DNA of 61,030 nt, counting the filler, from an uncultured bacterium (lineage in GTDB: Bacteria; DAOPZR01): NCBI GenBank assembly GCA_964637655.1. It is 3 parts of 3 records of this genome, joined end to end, with 100 filler letters (N's around TTAATTAATTAA, not from the genome) between each part and the next. Parts side by side here need not be neighbours in the genome. Positions count along the whole stretch, not along the records: positions 40,898 to 61,030 come from CAZWUZ010000030.1; 2 more parts are not named here. One strand, 5' to 3'. A program made the translations under genes and the position numbers. The first letter of the stretch is position 1. Every line of letters begins with the position of its first letter. The notes beneath the pieces are model-generated. The model saw nothing but the letters and a program-made list of their open reading frames with translations, had not been told where the DNA came from and made no database searches. This document shows, piece by piece, positions 57,685 through 61,030 of this stretch.

Positions 57685-58677
57685 TCACGGTTTATCCTGC
57701 TTTGACGACGGTAATTGTTTCACCGCGCGGTCAAAGTCAGATTCGAGGGAACAATCTTCAGCCCGGCGATACGCAGTGAATTCACGCTCCGCATGTGCTT
57801 TGGCAAGTTCTGCCGAAACCTTGCCGGCATCCCGCAAAATCTCACGGTCATTCAAGGTCAGGAACCCCTCCAGTTTGCTGATCCAGTCATGCATGGTCAT
57901 GGCAATGCGACGTTCGGCCTGCCCTTCGGCAAAGATGAGATACTGCTCGACCAGGTTATTGAGCGCCCGCAGTTCTTCTTCGCTCAGGTAGTTCTTCGCG
58001 ATGGCAACATCCGTCTTGCGGATTCGCGCCCCCTCCCAACTGGTAAGTCCCATGTGCGGCTTGCTGCTGTCGGCACGCGCGACAATTACCTCAGCCGCCG
58101 TCTGCCCGTGGATGGCATAGTGTACCTTTTTCTGCACCGTGGCGAAAAACTCCTTTGTCAGCGGATCGTCCCTGTCGTAGTCGATGCTCGTGGCATAGAT
58201 GTCCGTGATCTTCTGATAAAAACGCCGCTCGCTCGTGCGGATGTCCTGAATGCGGCGGGTAAGTTCCTCAAAATACTCATTGCCGGCCTGCGGGTTTTTC
58301 AGGCGTGCATCATCCAGCACAAACCCCTTGACGATATATTCCCGGAGTTTTTCCGCGGCCCATTGGCGGAAACGCACTGCCGCCTGGCTGCGCACTCTGA
58401 ACCCCAAGGCCAGCACCATGTCGAGGTTGTAGCATTCCACCTCGCGGACAACCTCCCGTTCGCCCTCTTTTTGAACTGTTCGGAATAACCGAACAGTTGC
58501 GCCTCTTTCTAACTCATTATCATCATAGATGTTGCCGATATACTCGCTTATCGTTCCCTTGGCTTTGCCGAATAATTCGGTGAGTTGTTTCTGGCTGAGC
58601 CAGACATCACGCCCCTCAAGACGCACATCAAGTTTCGTACGTCCGTCTTCGCTCTGGTAGATGACTATCTGGTCCAC
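57685..58677 (-). CDS. rhuM: RhuM family protein
   Basis: VWLSQKQL, YNLD, FRQWA, KGFVLDDARLK, DIRTSERRFYQKITDIYA. Confidence 0.92.
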   Translation of the reverse strand: MDQIVIYQSEDGRTKLDVRLEGRDVWLSQKQLTELFGKAKGTISEYIGNIYDDNELERGATVRLFRTVQKEGEREVVREVECYNLDMVLALGFRVRSQAAVRFRQWAAEKLREYIVKGFVLDDARLKNPQAGNEYFEELTRRIQDIRTSERRFYQKITDIYATSIDYDRDDPLTKEFFATVQKKVHYAIHGQTAAEVIVARADSSKPHMGLTSWEGARIRKTDVAIAKNYLSEEELRALNNLVEQYLIFAEGQAERRIAMTMHDWISKLEGFLTLNDREILRDAGKVSAELAKAHAEREFTAYRRAEDCSLESDFDRAVKQLPSSKQDKP

Positions 58678-59783
58678 TACTTGAGATCTCCGATGTATTC
58701 TGATTCCCCACCGGAACGATGCACAGTCACCGGAATGCGCTGATACCGTGATGCAGGCATCGGAGGAATAAACTCAGGTTCGCCTGCTGACGCGGGCGGG
58801 GCAGGAACAGCCCTCGGCGCCGGGGCAGCAGGAACAGTAACCGTTGAGGGTGCGACGGGCTGTGACTGGCCAAATCGATAGCGCATCGTCAAATGGTGCG
58901 CATCGTCCAAGTCGCCATAGGGCACATACGCGTAATCAACAAGGAACTGGTTGTCGAGATTGACACCAAAGCCAGCAGTCAAGCCACTGCCGGCATCGTT
59001 GTCACCAAGGTAGCCAAGACGCAGGGCGAGCATGTCAGCCAGTCGCCATTCAGTCCCGAGATTGAGGAACACGCGGTCATCATTGGGGATAATGCAATCA
59101 GCCAGCAGCACCAGCGGGACACGGTCCAACTGATACGCGCCACCAAGCCGCAACTGCAGCGGCATGTCAGCATCGTCGCGGTCGAACTTGAGGCCATTCC
59201 CCATGTTTCTGAGCACCGCGCCAAGCGTCAGGCCGCGCACGCCGGTCTCACGCATCACTATGCCGGCATCAAAGGCCAGCCCCGTGGCCTTCACCGAGGC
59301 GATATCCTGCTGGATGTACTTCACAGCGATACCGATATCAAGATTGCCATATTCACGCCCGTAACCGAGCGTAAGTGCCATGTCATTGGCATCTGTCGTC
59401 CCCAGATTGGTCAACGGGGCCTGCCCGTTGATGCGCGTGATATTGATGCTGCCGTAGTCGAGCAGCGTAATGCTTCCCCCAACTCTCCCCCCTATCACGC
59501 TTTCACCATGAACATACGCGAGATGGTTGTAGGTCAGGTCATTCAGCCAAGGCGTATGCGTAAAAAGCAGTTCGCAGGCATCCTGCCGCGCCAGGCCGGC
59601 CGGATTCCAGTAGAGCGTTGCCGCCCCGCCCGGCGGGACAGTCCCCGCCCCTCCGCGTGCCGCAGTTGCTGCATCAGGTGCTATCCCGAGGAACCCGGCG
59701 CCGCTGGAGCCGGGGTCATTGGCATACACGATCCCCGGCACAGCCACCAGCAGCATCAGGATGAACGCCGCAGTTTTCCCCAT
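58677..59783 (-). CDS. PorV/PorQ-like outer-membrane beta-barrel
   Basis: Signal peptide, GAGFL, YWNPAGLA, amphipathic strands, DYAYVPYGDL. Confidence 0.8.
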   Translation of the reverse strand: MGKTAAFILMLLVAVPGIVYANDPGSSGAGFLGIAPDAATAARGGAGTVPPGGAATLYWNPAGLARQDACELLFTHTPWLNDLTYNHLAYVHGESVIGGRVGGSITLLDYGSINITRINGQAPLTNLGTTDANDMALTLGYGREYGNLDIGIAVKYIQQDIASVKATGLAFDAGIVMRETGVRGLTLGAVLRNMGNGLKFDRDDADMPLQLRLGGAYQLDRVPLVLLADCIIPNDDRVFLNLGTEWRLADMLALRLGYLGDNDAGSGLTAGFGVNLDNQFLVDYAYVPYGDLDDAHHLTMRYRFGQSQPVAPSTVTVPAAPAPRAVPAPPASAGEPEFIPPMPASRYQRIPVTVHRSGGESEYIGDLK

Positions 59784-59789
59784 CTTCTC

Positions 59790-61030
59790 CTACCGCACGA
59801 TAAAGATCTTCTGCACGACTTTTTCGCTGCCATTGATGAACACGGCAAGATACACGCCGCTCGTCACATCTTCTCCGCCCTTGTTGCGCACGTCCCACTG
59901 CACCGCGCCCGTGCCGGCGGGAACGCTCATCTCGTCCACCAACCGCCCGCGCACGTCGTAGATTTCAATCTTTGTCCCGGGCACCAGCCCGTTGAAGTAG
60001 ATGCCAGAGCCATCTCCCTGCCCGCGGTACGGTACGCCGGTTGTGGCATCGCCATCGTTGGGGCGGTAGGGATTGGGGTAGATAAGCAGGTTCTGCAGGT
60101 TGGCGGCCGGCGTGGCAAAAGCCGCACCCGAGAATATCCCGTAGATGGAAAAGTGCGTGAGTCGGGCGCGTATGGTACCCGCCGCAACATCGACTTGCGT
60201 GCCGCCGATGGGGACCCATTTCCGGCTGCTTTCGTTGAACCAGAAAAGGTCAAGATGCGCCCGGTCTGACGCGGACAGGCCGGCAAGCACCGTCGGCGAG
60301 ACGTGGAATGTCACCCATAGGCCGTCAAATGAAGTGGTGTCACCGCCAATATCGGCGCCGGTATCACTTAGCAGCGTGAATTCAAAGATACTGTACTTGA
60401 ACTCATCCCAGCGATAGAGTTGGTCAGTGCCCGTATGATAACTGTCCGGGTCTGCCTGCTGCGCTACGAACTGTACCGCGCTATCACGGGTGTTGAGTTC
60501 CACACACCACGTGTCTCCAAAGAAATTGCCGCTGGTGTGAAGGACGGGGACAGCGATGATCAGCGTGTCGCCAGTCGGCACAATCACAACCACCCCACCC
60601 GCGCCCGTGTCAGACGGCACGTTGACCGTGGTATCTGTCGAGTCAGGGGTGATGACAAGAGCGGCCCGTGTCAGCGTGCAACCGTACGTAGCCACGTTGC
60701 CGGCCGCATCTGTGCCCGTGATAAACAGGTAGTTGCCACCAAGAGCAAGCGCCACCGAGCAGGTGAAATTCCCGCCGGCGAGCGCTACGATACTGGTTGC
60801 GCCGTTGCAGGTCACCGCTACAGTGCCGGAAGTCGCATAACTGTCGAGCAACACACCTTCGAGCGTTGCCGTCGGACCGCTGAACGCACGGGTTTCTGTC
60901 AGCAGGTACAGCATCGGTGCGGTCTTGTCGTAGGTGATGGAATCGCTCGCCGCCGCCGAGGTTTCGCCTGCGGCATCAAGCACCCGGATGTAGTAGGTGT
61001 GTACTCCTTCGCTGTCTGGCAGTATGATAG
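59790..61030 (-). CDS. Large secreted Ig-like protein with T9SS/FlgD-type C-terminal domain, 5' partial
   Basis: DKTAP, DAAGN, THFSIY, IYPNPYRP..IYDVRGRLV..WD..SGVY; frame open to window end. Confidence 0.8.
   Translation of the reverse strand, partial: IILPDSEGVHTYYIRVLDAAGETSAAASDSITYDKTAPMLYLLTETRAFSGPTATLEGVLLDSYATSGTVAVTCNGATSIVALAGGNFTCSVALALGGNYLFITGTDAAGNVATYGCTLTRAALVITPDSTDTTVNVPSDTGAGGVVVIVPTGDTLIIAVPVLHTSGNFFGDTWCVELNTRDSAVQFVAQQADPDSYHTGTDQLYRWDEFKYSIFEFTLLSDTGADIGGDTTSFDGLWVTFHVSPTVLAGLSASDRAHLDLFWFNESSRKWVPIGGTQVDVAAGTIRARLTHFSIYGIFSGAAFATPAANLQNLLIYPNPYRPNDGDATTGVPYRGQGDGSGIYFNGLVPGTKIEIYDVRGRLVDEMSVPAGTGAVQWDVRNKGGEDVTSGVYLAVFINGSEKVVQKIFIVR

Noticed and set aside
1-61030. 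Integron integrase, attI, tRNA or rRNA genes
   Set aside because: No tyrosine recombinase motifs or structural RNA genes recognised by eye; a covariance-model scan would be needed to exclude small RNAs

Overview
The window is three unrelated ~20 kb contigs (1-20447, 20548-40797, 40898-61030) from a high-GC diderm bacterium, joined by artificial 100-bp N/TTAATTAATTAA/N linkers, so adjacency across the linkers is not biological. Most of it is housekeeping and signalling genes: NCS2 permease-PP2C-STAS-msrAB, hicBA, two class III cyclases, LPS genes, thiE, liv and opp ABC transporters, a multi-kinase phosphorelay, radical SAM enzymes and a PorV-like gene with its probable cargo. The main hidden structure is two separate integron-type cassette arrays on the minus strand (15359-20447, 7 attC sites; 38559-40797, 3 attC sites). 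They are built from one homogeneous family of 59-65 bp attC sites, are rich in toxin-antitoxin cassettes, and no integrase gene is in view. Both arrays end at ordinary chromosomal sequence and share one cassette end that carries different attC bodies in the two arrays. Three of five cassette toxins are inactivated: two by in-frame TAA codons and one by truncation exactly at an attC whose core reads GAT. Other unannotated features are a dif-like site with a second inverted XerD arm bracketing an L,D-transpeptidase, an IS66-like MITE, two families of short palindromic repeats, many leaderless promoters, and a nucleobase permease fused to a degenerate RsbW-like domain. All functional calls come from motif recognition by eye; no searches were run.
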